The translations under genes and the position numbers were made by a program. The notes beneath the pieces are model-generated. The model saw only the letters and a program-made list of their open reading frames with translations. It was not told the origin of the DNA and did not search any database. Below, piece by piece: positions 27,175 through 36,832 of a stretch of 64,000 nt of DNA. The first letter of the stretch is position 1. Each line of letters starts with the position of its first letter. Source of the DNA: Deltaproteobacteria bacterium. GTDB lineage: Bacteria > Desulfobacterota > Desulfobaccia > Desulfobaccales > 0-14-0-80-60-11. The DNA is taken from NCBI GenBank assembly GCA_016874975.1, contig VGSQ01000002.1:98-64097 (forward strand). Direction: 5' to 3'.

Positions 27175-29799
27175 ATGCGCCGCCTGAAACGATGGATACT
27201 TATCCTGGGAGCCGCCCTCCTGGGCCTCGGTGGTCTCTATCTCCTGTTCGGTTTGCTCTTCACCGATTTTCTGGTGGATATCTGGTGGTTCCAGTATTTA
27301 GGGTACGGCTTCTATTTCTGGCAGAAACTGCTTTACCGCTACCTGGTGTTTGTCTCTTTCACCTTGCTGTTTTTCCTGGTCTTTTTTCTTAATTTCTGGG
27401 TGGCGACGCGTTTTCTCGGCCGGGTCTCCCTGGCGGAGATCAAGCCCAAATCGTGGGGTCCTCTGCGATACACCCGGCTGTTGGAGAAATTTCGCCAGCG
27501 TTCGCTGAAATTTTACATCCCTTCCTCCCTCTTGTTGGCCCTGCTGGTCTCCTATCCCCTGTACCACCGCTGGGAGGATACTTTGCTGTTCCTTTTCGCC
27601 CCGGCGGCGGGCCTCCAGGATCCGGTCTACGGCAAGGATGTGTCGTATTACCTCTTTTCCCTGCCCATCTATCTGCTCCTCCTGCGGGAGCTGCTGTTGT
27701 CCGTGGTGTTCCTGTTCCTGGGTCTGTCCTTCTTGTATTGGCGGGAGAGCCGCATCCTGTTCGACCAGGACCTCCACCTGCCCCGGGGGGCCAGGGTTCA
27801 CCTCAGCGTGCTGGCCTGCATCGGTTTTCTTATGGGCGCCTGGGCCTTCATCCTGCAGCGGCACACCCTGCTGTACAGCACCTCTCATATGCCCCTGTTT
27901 TTCGGGCCCGGCTTCACCGAGATGTGGGTCGTGGTGCCCCTCATCTGGCTGTCCATCGTGTTTCTCCTGGGGCTGGCGGTCTCCCTCATCCTGTACATTC
28001 ACACCCGCCGGGGGCTGAAAGTGCTCCTGGCGTTCGCCGCCCTGTTCTTCCTGGCCCTGGGGGCGCGGTACTCCCCTTTCCTCCCCGGCCTGGTGCAGAA
28101 ATACATCGTCGCCCCTAACGAAATCGCCCGGGAAAAGACCTTCATCAGACACAACATCCAGGCCACCCTGGCCGCCTATGATTTGGCCGAGGTGGAGACC
28201 CGGGATTATCCCATCCGGGAAGTCCCCTGGGACCTGCGGGGCGCCAAGGTCCAGGAGACGTTGCGCAACATCCCGGTGTGGGACAAGGAGGCCCTCCTGG
28301 AGGTGTTTCGGGAACTCCAGGAGCTGCGGACCTATTACGACTTCAACACCGTGACGGTGGACCGCTATACCGTCAGCGACGTGTACCAGCAGGTCTTCCT
28401 GGCGCCCCGGGAACTGGACCTGGAAAAACTGCCGGCGGGGGCCAGGAATTGGCTGAACGAGCGCCTGAAGTACACCCACGGCATCGGCGTGGTGATGATC
28501 CCGGCGGCCCAGCGGGGCGAAGATCCCATGACCTGGTATATCCGGGGCATCCCCCCCCGGTCGGACTACGGCTTTAAGATCGAGCAACCCGCGGTCTATT
28601 ATGGTCTGGGAAAGCTCCGTCCCGTCATCACCCCCAACGACAGCCGGGAGATCGGCTATCCGGAAGATTCCCTCAACGTCATGGTGGACTATGCCGGACG
28701 GGGCGGGGTGCCCGTCTCCTCTCTCTTCCGGAAACTCATCTTCGCCCTCTACTTCAAGGAAAAGGACATCTTCTTCACCACGCAAACCAACCCCCGGAGT
28801 CGCATACAATTCCGGCGCAACATTGTGGAGCGGATCAAAACCCTGACCCCGTTCTTCATCCTGGACCGGGACCCCTACCTGGTGGTCACCCCCAAGCGGC
28901 TCTACTGGATCCAGGACGCCTACACCGTGTCCAATCGGTATCCTTACTCCCAGGCCTACGGCAAAGAGATCAATTACATCCGCAACTCCGTCAAAATCGT
29001 GGTGGACGCCTATGACGGCACCGTGGATTATTATCTGGCCGACCCCCGGGACCCCATCGCCCGGGCTTACGGCCGCATCTACCCGGGGCTGCTGAAAAGC
29101 CTGGACCTCATGCCCGCCGACCTGAAGAAGCACATCCGCTATCCCCGGGACATGTTTGACGTCCAGATGGCCATCTACTCCAAGTACCACCAGACCGACC
29201 CGGAGGTCTTTTATAAGCAGGAGGACATCTGGGAGTTCTCCACCCTTCCCCATGAAGGAAGGATGATCCGGATGGACCCCAGATACCTGACCCTCAACAT
29301 TCTGGATAAAGAAAAGGATGAGTTCATCCTGCTGTGCCCCATGAACCCCAAGGCCCGCACCAACCTCCGGGCCCTGTGTGTGGTGGGTTGCGACGGTCCC
29401 AATTACGGTAAGATCGTGGTCTTTCGCTTTCCCAAAGGCGTGCTGGTGCACGGCCCGCAACAAGTGGAGGCCTTTATTAATCAGGATACGGTCCTCTCCC
29501 AGCAGTTCACCTTATGGAACCAGATGGGTTCCCACGTGGAACGGGGCAAAATGATCATCCTGCCCATCGCCGAGACCATTGTCTACGTCCAGCCCGTGTA
29601 TCTCAAGGCCTCGGTGGGCTCGACGATTCCCCAACTGAAGCGGCTGATTCTCTCCAAGGGGGAACTGGTGGTCATGGAGCCCACGCTGGAAAGAGGGCTG
29701 GAGGTGCTGAACGCGCGCATTCGGAGCAGCTCGGAGCATAGATTCCCCACCAAGTCTCCCCGCGTAGGGGCAGAGGAGGACAAGGAGGAGAAACCCTGA
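27175..29799 (+). CDS. UPF0182 family membrane protein
   Basis: 874 aa. N-terminal polytopic region with FTDFLVDIWWFQYLGY, and a large C-terminal domain typical of UPF0182 (COG1615). Confidence 0.85.
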   Translation: MRRLKRWILILGAALLGLGGLYLLFGLLFTDFLVDIWWFQYLGYGFYFWQKLLYRYLVFVSFTLLFFLVFFLNFWVATRFLGRVSLAEIKPKSWGPLRYTRLLEKFRQRSLKFYIPSSLLLALLVSYPLYHRWEDTLLFLFAPAAGLQDPVYGKDVSYYLFSLPIYLLLLRELLLSVVFLFLGLSFLYWRESRILFDQDLHLPRGARVHLSVLACIGFLMGAWAFILQRHTLLYSTSHMPLFFGPGFTEMWVVVPLIWLSIVFLLGLAVSLILYIHTRRGLKVLLAFAALFFLALGARYSPFLPGLVQKYIVAPNEIAREKTFIRHNIQATLAAYDLAEVETRDYPIREVPWDLRGAKVQETLRNIPVWDKEALLEVFRELQELRTYYDFNTVTVDRYTVSDVYQQVFLAPRELDLEKLPAGARNWLNERLKYTHGIGVVMIPAAQRGEDPMTWYIRGIPPRSDYGFKIEQPAVYYGLGKLRPVITPNDSREIGYPEDSLNVMVDYAGRGGVPVSSLFRKLIFALYFKEKDIFFTTQTNPRSRIQFRRNIVERIKTLTPFFILDRDPYLVVTPKRLYWIQDAYTVSNRYPYSQAYGKEINYIRNSVKIVVDAYDGTVDYYLADPRDPIARAYGRIYPGLLKSLDLMPADLKKHIRYPRDMFDVQMAIYSKYHQTDPEVFYKQEDIWEFSTLPHEGRMIRMDPRYLTLNILDKEKDEFILLCPMNPKARTNLRALCVVGCDGPNYGKIVVFRFPKGVLVHGPQQVEAFINQDTVLSQQFTLWNQMGSHVERGKMIILPIAETIVYVQPVYLKASVGSTIPQLKRLILSKGELVVMEPTLERGLEVLNARIRSSSEHRFPTKSPRVGAEEDKEEKP

Positions 29800-30378
29800 T
29801 CAGGTTCTCTGCATGATCTGGTCATACAGCCTTTCGGCGTCTTCCCGGCGGCACAATTCCGTGCCCGGGGTCATCACCCCGGCCGCACCGGCGGCCACCC
29901 CGAAGCGCAGGGCCTCCCGCCAGGGCCGGCCCCGGGCCAGGGCGAGCACCATGCCCGCCACGGTGCTGTCGCCGGCCCCCACCTTGCTTTTGATGGGCGC
30001 CAGGGGCGCCCGCAGCCGCTGTGCGCCCTGGGCGGTGGCCGCCAGGACCCCCGCGGCCCCCAGGGAAACCACCACCACCTCGCTCTTGCGGCGGGCGACC
30101 AATTCCAGGGCCAGGCGTTCCTCCTGCGTCTCGTTCGCCAATTCCCGGCCCGTCAGTTCGGCAAACTCCCGCAGGTTGGGTTTGATCAAAAACACCCCCT
30201 CCTCCAAGGCCAGGCGCAGGGCTTCCCCGGAAGTGTCCACCACCAGCCGGGTATCCTGTTCTTTCGCCAGCCTGGCGATCCGGCCGTAAAAATCCGCAGG
30301 CGCCCCGGGAGGCAGACGCCCGCTGGCCACCAGGTAATCCACCCGGGGGAGGAGGCCGGCGATTTCCTCCAGTTGGCA
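29800..30378 (-). pseudogene. PfkB-family sugar kinase (1-phosphofructokinase-like), 5'-truncated
   Basis: Only the C-terminal ~190 aa are present (VASGRLPPGAP..., LIKPNLREFAELTG, GAGDSTVAGMV). The N-terminal ~100 aa of the fold are replaced by repeat-derived sequence (MKSFRRVRLTHHC). Confidence 0.7.
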
Positions 30379-30412
30379 ATGGTGCGTAAGACGCACCCTA
30401 CGGAAGGACTTC

Positions 30413-30515
30413 ACCGTGAAAATCCCGGTTCTGTAGGGGCGGGTTTGAAACCCGCCCCTACAAAAGGTTTTTCATGCCCGGGGGTGGCCCCGTTGGGGCC
30501 ATGAGCATTTCATAG
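30413..30515 (+). repeat. 103-bp dispersed repeat, copy 2
   Basis: Near-identical to 25260-25362. Contains the perfect hairpin GTAGGGGCGGGTTTGAAACCCGCCCCTAC. An inverted R1 module at 30379-30401 immediately precedes it. Confidence 0.9.
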
Positions 30516-30675
30516 GAGACAGCTTGGGAAAAAACTGTCCCTGTTCCCCTTGTCCGCAGGCCCCCGGTGCGTGCCCACGGTGTTGTTTATCTTTATAAAA
30601 TCCCTTGATATTTCGCCAAATACCTGGTAGGGTCGGGCCATCATTGCCACCACCCACCTGCGAGGAGGGAACAAG

Positions 30676-30978
30676 ATGGAAACCTTTGTGATGTTTGGCC
30701 GGTATACCTCCGAAGGCATTCAGGGCATCAGCGCCGAACGGACCAAGAAGACGGTGGACCTCTTAAAACAGCACGGCGGCGAGCTTAAGGCCGCCTACGC
30801 CCTGTTGGGAGCCACCGACCTGATGCTCATCGTCTCGCTGCCGGGCGTCGCCGAGGCCATGGAAGTCTCGGTGGCCTTGAGCAAGATGACGGGCATCGCC
30901 TTCACCACCTCCCCCGCAGTGACCGTGGAGGAATTCGACAAAATGATGTCTCCGGGCAAGAAAGGGGCAAAAAAGTAG
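30676..30978 (+). CDS. GYD domain protein
   Basis: 100 aa. FVMFGRYTSEGIQGIS...LGATDLMLIVSLPG...MTGIAFTTSPAV is typical of the GYD family. Confidence 0.8.
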   Translation: METFVMFGRYTSEGIQGISAERTKKTVDLLKQHGGELKAAYALLGATDLMLIVSLPGVAEAMEVSVALSKMTGIAFTTSPAVTVEEFDKMMSPGKKGAKK

Positions 30979-31041
30979 CTCGGAGAACTGCGGACGAATG
31001 ATGCCGAGGGGGCAGGAGGCGCGACGGCTCCGCCTCCTCTC

Positions 31042-31770
31042 TTACCTTTGGAGGGGGCCGGTTGCCGATGGCGGGAGGTTTGCGTCCCGCAGCACGGCCG
31101 TTATGAGCGACGGTCCGTCGGCGAAGGAGTTCAGGTGGTAGGGGGCCTCCAGATGGCGATTGCGGTAGGCCACCAGGGTGACCCCGGCGTTGGCGGCGAA
31201 TTCCTGGTCCACCTGGGAATCGCCGATGTAAATGACTTCGTGCGGCTCCACCCCGAAGTGGTCCCGAAGGCGCCAGAAGGATTCGGGATGGGGCTTGGGT
31301 CGGCTGACGTCCAGGGCGCAGACCACCAGATCAAACTGGTCCGCCAGGAGGTGATGTTCCAGCACGGCCCGGGTGGTGGTGGTGCGGTTGGTGGCCAGGG
31401 CGGTCTTGAAGCGGGGCCGGAGGTAGCGGAGGAATTCCCGCAGATGCGGCTCTTCCTGCATCATGGGGATGAAGGGCCGATAGTCCAGGGTGCGGCAAAA
31501 CTCCAGCACCGCTGCGAAATCGGGAAACCCGCGGAAAAGATAATCCAGGGATTCCCGAAAGGTGTGGCTGTGGACGTAGTCCGTGGCCTCCTCGCTGAGG
31601 AGCGGCCGGCCGAAGTTTTCCAGGATGACATTGTAAAAGGCGATGTTGGCCTGCCGGGAGTCGAAGAGGACCCCGTCGCAGTCGAAGCCCACAAGTTTCA
31701 GCACGGCATTCTTTCCCGCACCCGGGGCCGGCGCAACCCCGGCCGAGTGCGTTCTGGGGATGGACCGCAC
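31042..31770 (-). CDS. HAD-superfamily hydrolase (phosphoglycolate phosphatase-like)
   Basis: DCDGVLFDS (motif I), ATNR (motif II), YIGDSQVD (motif IV). The start codon is uncertain. Confidence 0.8.
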   Translation of the reverse strand: MRSIPRTHSAGVAPAPGAGKNAVLKLVGFDCDGVLFDSRQANIAFYNVILENFGRPLLSEEATDYVHSHTFRESLDYLFRGFPDFAAVLEFCRTLDYRPFIPMMQEEPHLREFLRYLRPRFKTALATNRTTTTRAVLEHHLLADQFDLVVCALDVSRPKPHPESFWRLRDHFGVEPHEVIYIGDSQVDQEFAANAGVTLVAYRNRHLEAPYHLNSFADGPSLITAVLRDANLPPSATGPLQR

Positions 31771-31953
31771 TCGCGGTTGCCTTGAAGATATCGGCTCCCG
31801 TCAACCTTGTCAACGGCAGGGGCTGGGTGCACCGAAAGGGCGGCGGCGGCGAGGTTTCGGGGAAAAACTCATGAGATCTTTATCCTGCTGCCATGATGCC
31901 AGTCTGTTCCCAGGCGTCTATTTTTTCCAGGGGCTCCTGCCGGGAGTGCGGCC

Positions 31954-34900
31954 ATGACCCGAAGCCGGCTGCTGTATCTGGTATTCTTCCTGATGATGCT
32001 TCTAGCCGCCCCGGGGCAGGGTGCGGACCCTCTTCTGGAGGAGGCCCTCTCCTTAAACCGGCAGGCGATGCAGCTTTATCAGGCCGGCCGCTATCAGGAG
32101 GCCCTGCCTTTGGCTCAGCGGGCCCTCGCCATCAGAGAAAAGGCCTTCGGTCCCGAGCATCCCCACACCGCCGTCGTCGTCAACACCCTGGGTCTGCTGT
32201 ATGAGGGCCTGGGAAAATATGACCAGGCCCTGCCCCTGTTACAGCGGGCTCTCAAGATCAGGGAACAGGTTTTAGGGCCGGAGCACCTCGACACCGCCTC
32301 CAGCCTCAACAACCTGGCGGGACTGTACCGGGTCATGGGCGCCTATGAGCAGGCCCTCCCCCTGTACCGGAGGTCCCTGGCAATCTACGAAAAGGCCCTG
32401 GGCCCCGAGCACCCCCTCACCGCCACCAGCCTCAACAACCTGGCCCTCCTGTATAAAGCCATGGGCGCCTATCAGGAAGCCCTGCCCCTGTACCGGCGGG
32501 CTCTCAAGATCAGAGAACAGGTTTTAGGGCCGGAGCACCTCGACACCGCCTCCAGCCTCAACAACCTGGCGGAACTGTACCGGGTCATGGGCGCCTATGA
32601 GCAGGCCCTGCCCCTGTACCGGAGGTCCCTGGCGATCTACGAAAAGGCCCTGGGCCCGGAGCACCCCCTCACCGCCACCAGCCTCAACAACCTGGCCCTC
32701 GTGTATAAGGGCATGGGGGCCTATCAGCAGGCCCTGCCCCTGTTCCGGCGGGCCCTGGCAATCGATGAGAAGATCCTGGGGCCGAAGCATCCCGACACCG
32801 CCGTTGATCTCAACAACCTGGCCGAGCTGTACCGGGTCATGGGCCTCTATGAACAGGCCCTGCCCTTATACCAGCGGTCCCTCAAGATCAGGGAAGAGGT
32901 TCTGGGAGCGGAGCATCCGGCCACGGCCACCGCTCTGAACAACCTGGCCATCCTTTCCGCAACCATGGGCGCCTACGGGCAGGCTTTGTCCCTGTACCAG
33001 CGGGCCCTCAGGATCAGGGAAAAGGTCCTGGGGCCGGAGCACCCCCTCACGGCCGACAGCCTGGGCAACCTGGCTGAACTCTACTACACCCAGGGGCGCT
33101 ATGAGGAGGCCGAACCTCTCTTCCAGCGGGCCCTGAGGATTTCGGAAAAGGCCTGGGGCCCCGGACATCACGCCACCGCCGCGGCCCTCAACAATCTGGC
33201 CGAACTGTATCGGGTCATGGGGCTCTATGAACAGGCCCTGCCCTTGTATCAACGGGCATTGGAAATCAAGGAGCAGGTGCTGGGGCCGGAACACCCCTCC
33301 GTGGCGCTCAGCCTGAACAACCTGGGGGGGCTGTACCTGGCCCGGAAAGAATACCGGTCGGCGGAGGCCTGTTTCCGGAAAACCCGGGTTAAGGCCGGCC
33401 TGATCTACCTTCACCTGGCCCAGGGACAATGGCGGGAAGCCCTGGAGCTGCTCCAGGACCAGGCCCCCAGCTGGCGGGCCACCCCCCAATACCGGGTGCA
33501 GCACCATGCCCAGCAAGGTCTGGCTTTGGCCGGAGCGGGGCGCCTCAGGGAGGCGGCCCTGGCGCTGCACCAGGCGGTCAAGGGAGTGGAGGAGCTGCGC
33601 CGCCGGGCCTCCGGGGAGAAGGGGGGCTTTTTCCAGGCCGGTCTGCTGGGAGGCTACATCCGTCCCTACCAGGAGCTGGTGAGCGTCCTGGCGGAGATGG
33701 CCCTCAAAGCCGAGGCCCTGCCGCCGGGCCTGGAGGATTACGGCCCCGACGCCGCGGCCGCGGCCTTCTACTTCGCCGAAGCCACCAAGGCCCGGGTCCT
33801 CCTGGAGTCTCTGGCCCGGACGGCCGGGAAGGAGGCCGCGGTGGAGATTCCGGCCGAGCTGCGGGCCCGGGAAGAGAGCCTGCTCAACCAACTGGCCGCG
33901 CTGGAGAGCCAGTGGGAGAAGGCTCTGCAGGGCGGCGAAGCGGCCGTCAAAGAAGTGCAGGAGCAAAAGGCCCGCCTGGACGGCGAACTTAAGGCCCTGA
34001 TCCGGGAGTTGCGTCGGAAATACCCGTTATACGCCGCGCTGCACCACCCGCTGCCCGTCCCTGCCGCCGACCTGCCTCTCAAAGACGACGAAGTTCTCCT
34101 GGAGTATGCCCTGGGCGAAAAGGCCGGCTACCTCATGGTGGTGCGGCGGGGCGGCGTCAAAAAGGTGATGCAGCTACCGGTCGGCCGGGAGGGGATGGAG
34201 GAACAGGTCAGGGCCTTCATGAAGCCTTTTCTCGACCAGGACCCCGACGGCTTCTCCCTGTCTCGCGCCAAACAATTATACGATCTGCTCCTGGCCGGGG
34301 TGTTGCCTGAGGTCAAGGAAGAGGAGCGGCTGATCATCATCCCGGACGGCATCCTGGGTCTGCTGCCCTTCGAGGCCCTGGTGATGCAGCCGGGCCGGGA
34401 GGTTAAGGACAGCCTCTTCGTGGGTGACAGGCATCAACTGAGCTATTATCAGTCCGCCGCGGTGCTGGCCTTGAAGCGGCGTTTGCAGGCGGCCTCCCCG
34501 ACACGCCTTCTGTTCGCCCTGGGGAACCCGGTGTTCAGCGAGAGCGACCCACGCTGCCGGACTTCCCCCCCGGGAGCAAAGCCTGCCTCCGGGAAGGCGG
34601 CGCCTCCGCCGGAGGCCGCCTTTACCGCCCTGGCCACCCATGCCGCCTGGGGCAAGACCTCCCGCAGCCGCGCCCAGGGGCAGGAGCTGCGGTACGAGCC
34701 TCTGGAGGAAACGGAGGCTGAGATTCGGACCATCGCCCGGCTCCTGGGGATCGAGCCTTCCCCCCCCGACGTGCTCCTGAACCTCCAGGCCACGGAGACC
34801 ATCCTGCGCCAAAGCCCCCTGGGGGAATACCGCTACCTCCACTTCGCCACCCACGCCGACCTGTCGGACAAGGTCCAGGGCATCAGGGAGCCCTTCATTC

Positions 34901-35268
34901 TCCTGGGCCAGGTGGGGAATCAGGCCGGGGACGACGGCTTCCTCACCCTGAGCAAGGTGTTGGGCCTGAAGCTCAAGGCCGACATGGTGGTCTTGTCCGC
35001 CTGCCTCACCGGGCGGGGACAGGTCATGGCAGGGGAGGGGGTGGCCAACTTCGCCCGGGCCTTCCAGCACGCCGGGGCCCGGAGCGTGGTGGTGAGCCTC
35101 TGGCCGGTGGCCTCCCACGAGGCGGTGGAATATATGGTCCTGTTTTACGGCCACCTCAAAGAGGGCAAATCACGCGCCGCGGCGCTGCGGCTGGCCCGCC
35201 GGGACATCAGAGCCAGATATCCCCGACCCTTTTTCTGGTCGGTGTTCATCATCCACGGCGAAGGGTAA
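31954..35268 (+). CDS. TPR-repeat + CHAT (caspase-like protease) domain protein, exported/anchored
   Basis: N-terminal signal-like LLYLVFFLMMLLAAPG. About 10 kinesin-light-chain-type 42-aa TPR units. C-terminal CHAT domain with a His (YLHFATHADL) and Cys (VVLSACLTGRG) dyad. Confidence 0.85.
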   Translation: MTRSRLLYLVFFLMMLLAAPGQGADPLLEEALSLNRQAMQLYQAGRYQEALPLAQRALAIREKAFGPEHPHTAVVVNTLGLLYEGLGKYDQALPLLQRALKIREQVLGPEHLDTASSLNNLAGLYRVMGAYEQALPLYRRSLAIYEKALGPEHPLTATSLNNLALLYKAMGAYQEALPLYRRALKIREQVLGPEHLDTASSLNNLAELYRVMGAYEQALPLYRRSLAIYEKALGPEHPLTATSLNNLALVYKGMGAYQQALPLFRRALAIDEKILGPKHPDTAVDLNNLAELYRVMGLYEQALPLYQRSLKIREEVLGAEHPATATALNNLAILSATMGAYGQALSLYQRALRIREKVLGPEHPLTADSLGNLAELYYTQGRYEEAEPLFQRALRISEKAWGPGHHATAAALNNLAELYRVMGLYEQALPLYQRALEIKEQVLGPEHPSVALSLNNLGGLYLARKEYRSAEACFRKTRVKAGLIYLHLAQGQWREALELLQDQAPSWRATPQYRVQHHAQQGLALAGAGRLREAALALHQAVKGVEELRRRASGEKGGFFQAGLLGGYIRPYQELVSVLAEMALKAEALPPGLEDYGPDAAAAAFYFAEATKARVLLESLARTAGKEAAVEIPAELRAREESLLNQLAALESQWEKALQGGEAAVKEVQEQKARLDGELKALIRELRRKYPLYAALHHPLPVPAADLPLKDDEVLLEYALGEKAGYLMVVRRGGVKKVMQLPVGREGMEEQVRAFMKPFLDQDPDGFSLSRAKQLYDLLLAGVLPEVKEEERLIIIPDGILGLLPFEALVMQPGREVKDSLFVGDRHQLSYYQSAAVLALKRRLQAASPTRLLFALGNPVFSESDPRCRTSPPGAKPASGKAAPPPEAAFTALATHAAWGKTSRSRAQGQELRYEPLEETEAEIRTIARLLGIEPSPPDVLLNLQATETILRQSPLGEYRYLHFATHADLSDKVQGIREPFILLGQVGNQAGDDGFLTLSKVLGLKLKADMVVLSACLTGRGQVMAGEGVANFARAFQHAGARSVVVSLWPVASHEAVEYMVLFYGHLKEGKSRAAALRLARRDIRARYPRPFFWSVFIIHGEG
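32251..32754 (+). repeat. Tandem 252-bp duplication inside the TPR region (two TPR units per copy)
   Basis: 32251-32502 and 32503-32754 differ at roughly 15 positions by eye. The protein copies are ALKIREQVLGPEHLDTASSLNNLA(G/E)LYRVMGAYEQALPLYRRSLAIYEKALGPEHPLTATSLNNLAL... Confidence 0.9.
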
Positions 35269-35338
35269 GCCCTCAGGGCCCTGAAGGGACGGCGGCTCAG
35301 GGCCTTTTCCCTGTCATCGGCAGCAGATTGCGTCCAGA

Positions 35339-35369
35339 GGCGGTCCGTGAGCCGCCCCGCGGTTTTTTT
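35339..35369 (+). terminator. Candidate terminator after the TPR-CHAT gene
   Basis: GGCGG-TCCGTGAG-CCGCC followed by CCGCGG and a T7 run. Confidence 0.4.
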
Positions 35370-35703
35370 CCATCAGGTTTGCGGCAACTCCGAAAGAAAA
35401 CGGAATCGGGCGCGAGTCCCCGGAAAACCGGGCTGCGGGGAGAACAGCCCGCTCCTCGGTCGGTCTCTGGTTGACGCCCCCTTTTCCAGAATCCTGCCGA
35501 TTGTGTTAAAATCTTGGAACATCCTGGCGCTCCCCGTGGGTCGGCAAGGAGGTGAACCGGATTGACCGGGCCTCACCGGGCCAGGTTAAAGGAAACGCGG
35601 GGGTGTTTCGAAATAACGGCAGGGCTCGGGGTCCTGGAAAGAGATTTGCTCAGCCTGCCTCATGGACAGGACCCCGGGCGCACATCCCAAAGGAGGGACC
35701 TCT

Positions 35704-36711
35704 ATGGCGAAAGTAGCCATCAACGGCATGGGCAGAATCGGGCGGGCCGCCTTCAAGATCATCCTGGAGACCCCGGAGTTGGAACTGGTGGCCATGAACG
35801 ACCTCATGGACCTGGACAATCTGGCCTATCTCCTCAAGTACGACACCGTCTACGGGCGCTACGGCAAGTCGGTGGCCGTTGAGGGCAACAACCTGGTGGT
35901 GGACGGCAAGGCCTACCCGGTCTACAAAGAAAAAGACCCCACCCAGCTCCCGTGGGGAAAGCTGGGCGTGCAGGCGGTCTTTGAGTGCACCGGCGTCTTC
36001 ACCAAGGGGGGCGACCTGGAGAAGCACCTCCAGGCCGGGGCGCAACTGGTCTTTCTGTCCGCTCCGCCCAAGACGGACGATGTCTGCTGCATCGTCCACG
36101 GGGTGACCACGCCGGAGAAGGGGACCCGGATCATCTCCTGCGCCAGTTGCACCACCAACTGCATCACCCCGGTTTTTGAGGTCATGGCCCGGCGCATCGG
36201 CGTCAGGAAGGCCATCATGACCACCATCCACGCCTACACCTCGTCCCAGGCCATCGTGGACGGCCCCGCCAAGAAGTGGCGCCGGGGCCGGGCCGGGGCC
36301 GCCAACTTCGTGCCCACCTCCACCGGCGCGGCCAAGGCCACCACCAACGCCCTGCCCCAGTTCCACGGCAAGTTCGACGGCGTGGCGGTGCGGGGGCCGG
36401 TGCCCTGCGGCTCCCTGGCCGATCTGGTCTTCCTCACCGAACGGCCCACCACGGTGGAGGAAGTGAACCACATCTTCCGGGAGGAGGCCGCCGGCGACCG
36501 CTACCGGGGCATCATGGGCGTGGCCGAAGACCCCATCGTCAGCGCCGACATCATCATGGATTCCCGAGCCTCGGTGGTGGATCTGGAGATGACCCAGGTG
36601 GTGGACGGCGACCTGGTGAAGATTATGACCTGGTACGACAACGAATGGGGCTACACCAACCAGATGATCCGGGAAGCCCGGCGGTCGTTGCAGGAACTGG
36701 GGATGCTATAG
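35704..36711 (+). CDS. gap: Glyceraldehyde-3-phosphate dehydrogenase, type I
   Basis: AAGGAGG RBS. MAKVAINGMGRIGR NAD-binding motif, catalytic ASCTTNC, and WYDNEWGY near the C-terminus. Confidence 0.93.
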   Translation: MAKVAINGMGRIGRAAFKIILETPELELVAMNDLMDLDNLAYLLKYDTVYGRYGKSVAVEGNNLVVDGKAYPVYKEKDPTQLPWGKLGVQAVFECTGVFTKGGDLEKHLQAGAQLVFLSAPPKTDDVCCIVHGVTTPEKGTRIISCASCTTNCITPVFEVMARRIGVRKAIMTTIHAYTSSQAIVDGPAKKWRRGRAGAANFVPTSTGAAKATTNALPQFHGKFDGVAVRGPVPCGSLADLVFLTERPTTVEEVNHIFREEAAGDRYRGIMGVAEDPIVSADIIMDSRASVVDLEMTQVVDGDLVKIMTWYDNEWGYTNQMIREARRSLQELGML

Positions 36712-36780
36712 AAGGCTTGTGGTGAGGGTCGGGGGAGTCTCGACTTCCCCGGCCCTAACAGAGTTAAGGGATTGGGGGGG

Positions 36781-36799
36781 TAAGGGCCTGCGGCCCTTA
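36781..36799. terminator. Perfect hairpin between the convergent gap and AT-rich gene
   Basis: TAAGGGCC-TGC-GGCCCTTA. No clear U-run, so function as a bidirectional terminator is tentative. Confidence 0.35.
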
Positions 36800-36832
36800 G
36801 CCCCCTCTCTCAGCTTGTACCTTATATTATTT

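Noticed and set aside
27298-29463. 721-aa minus-strand ORF over UPF0182
   Set aside because: Antisense shadow ORF. The plus-strand protein has the characteristic UPF0182 architecture.
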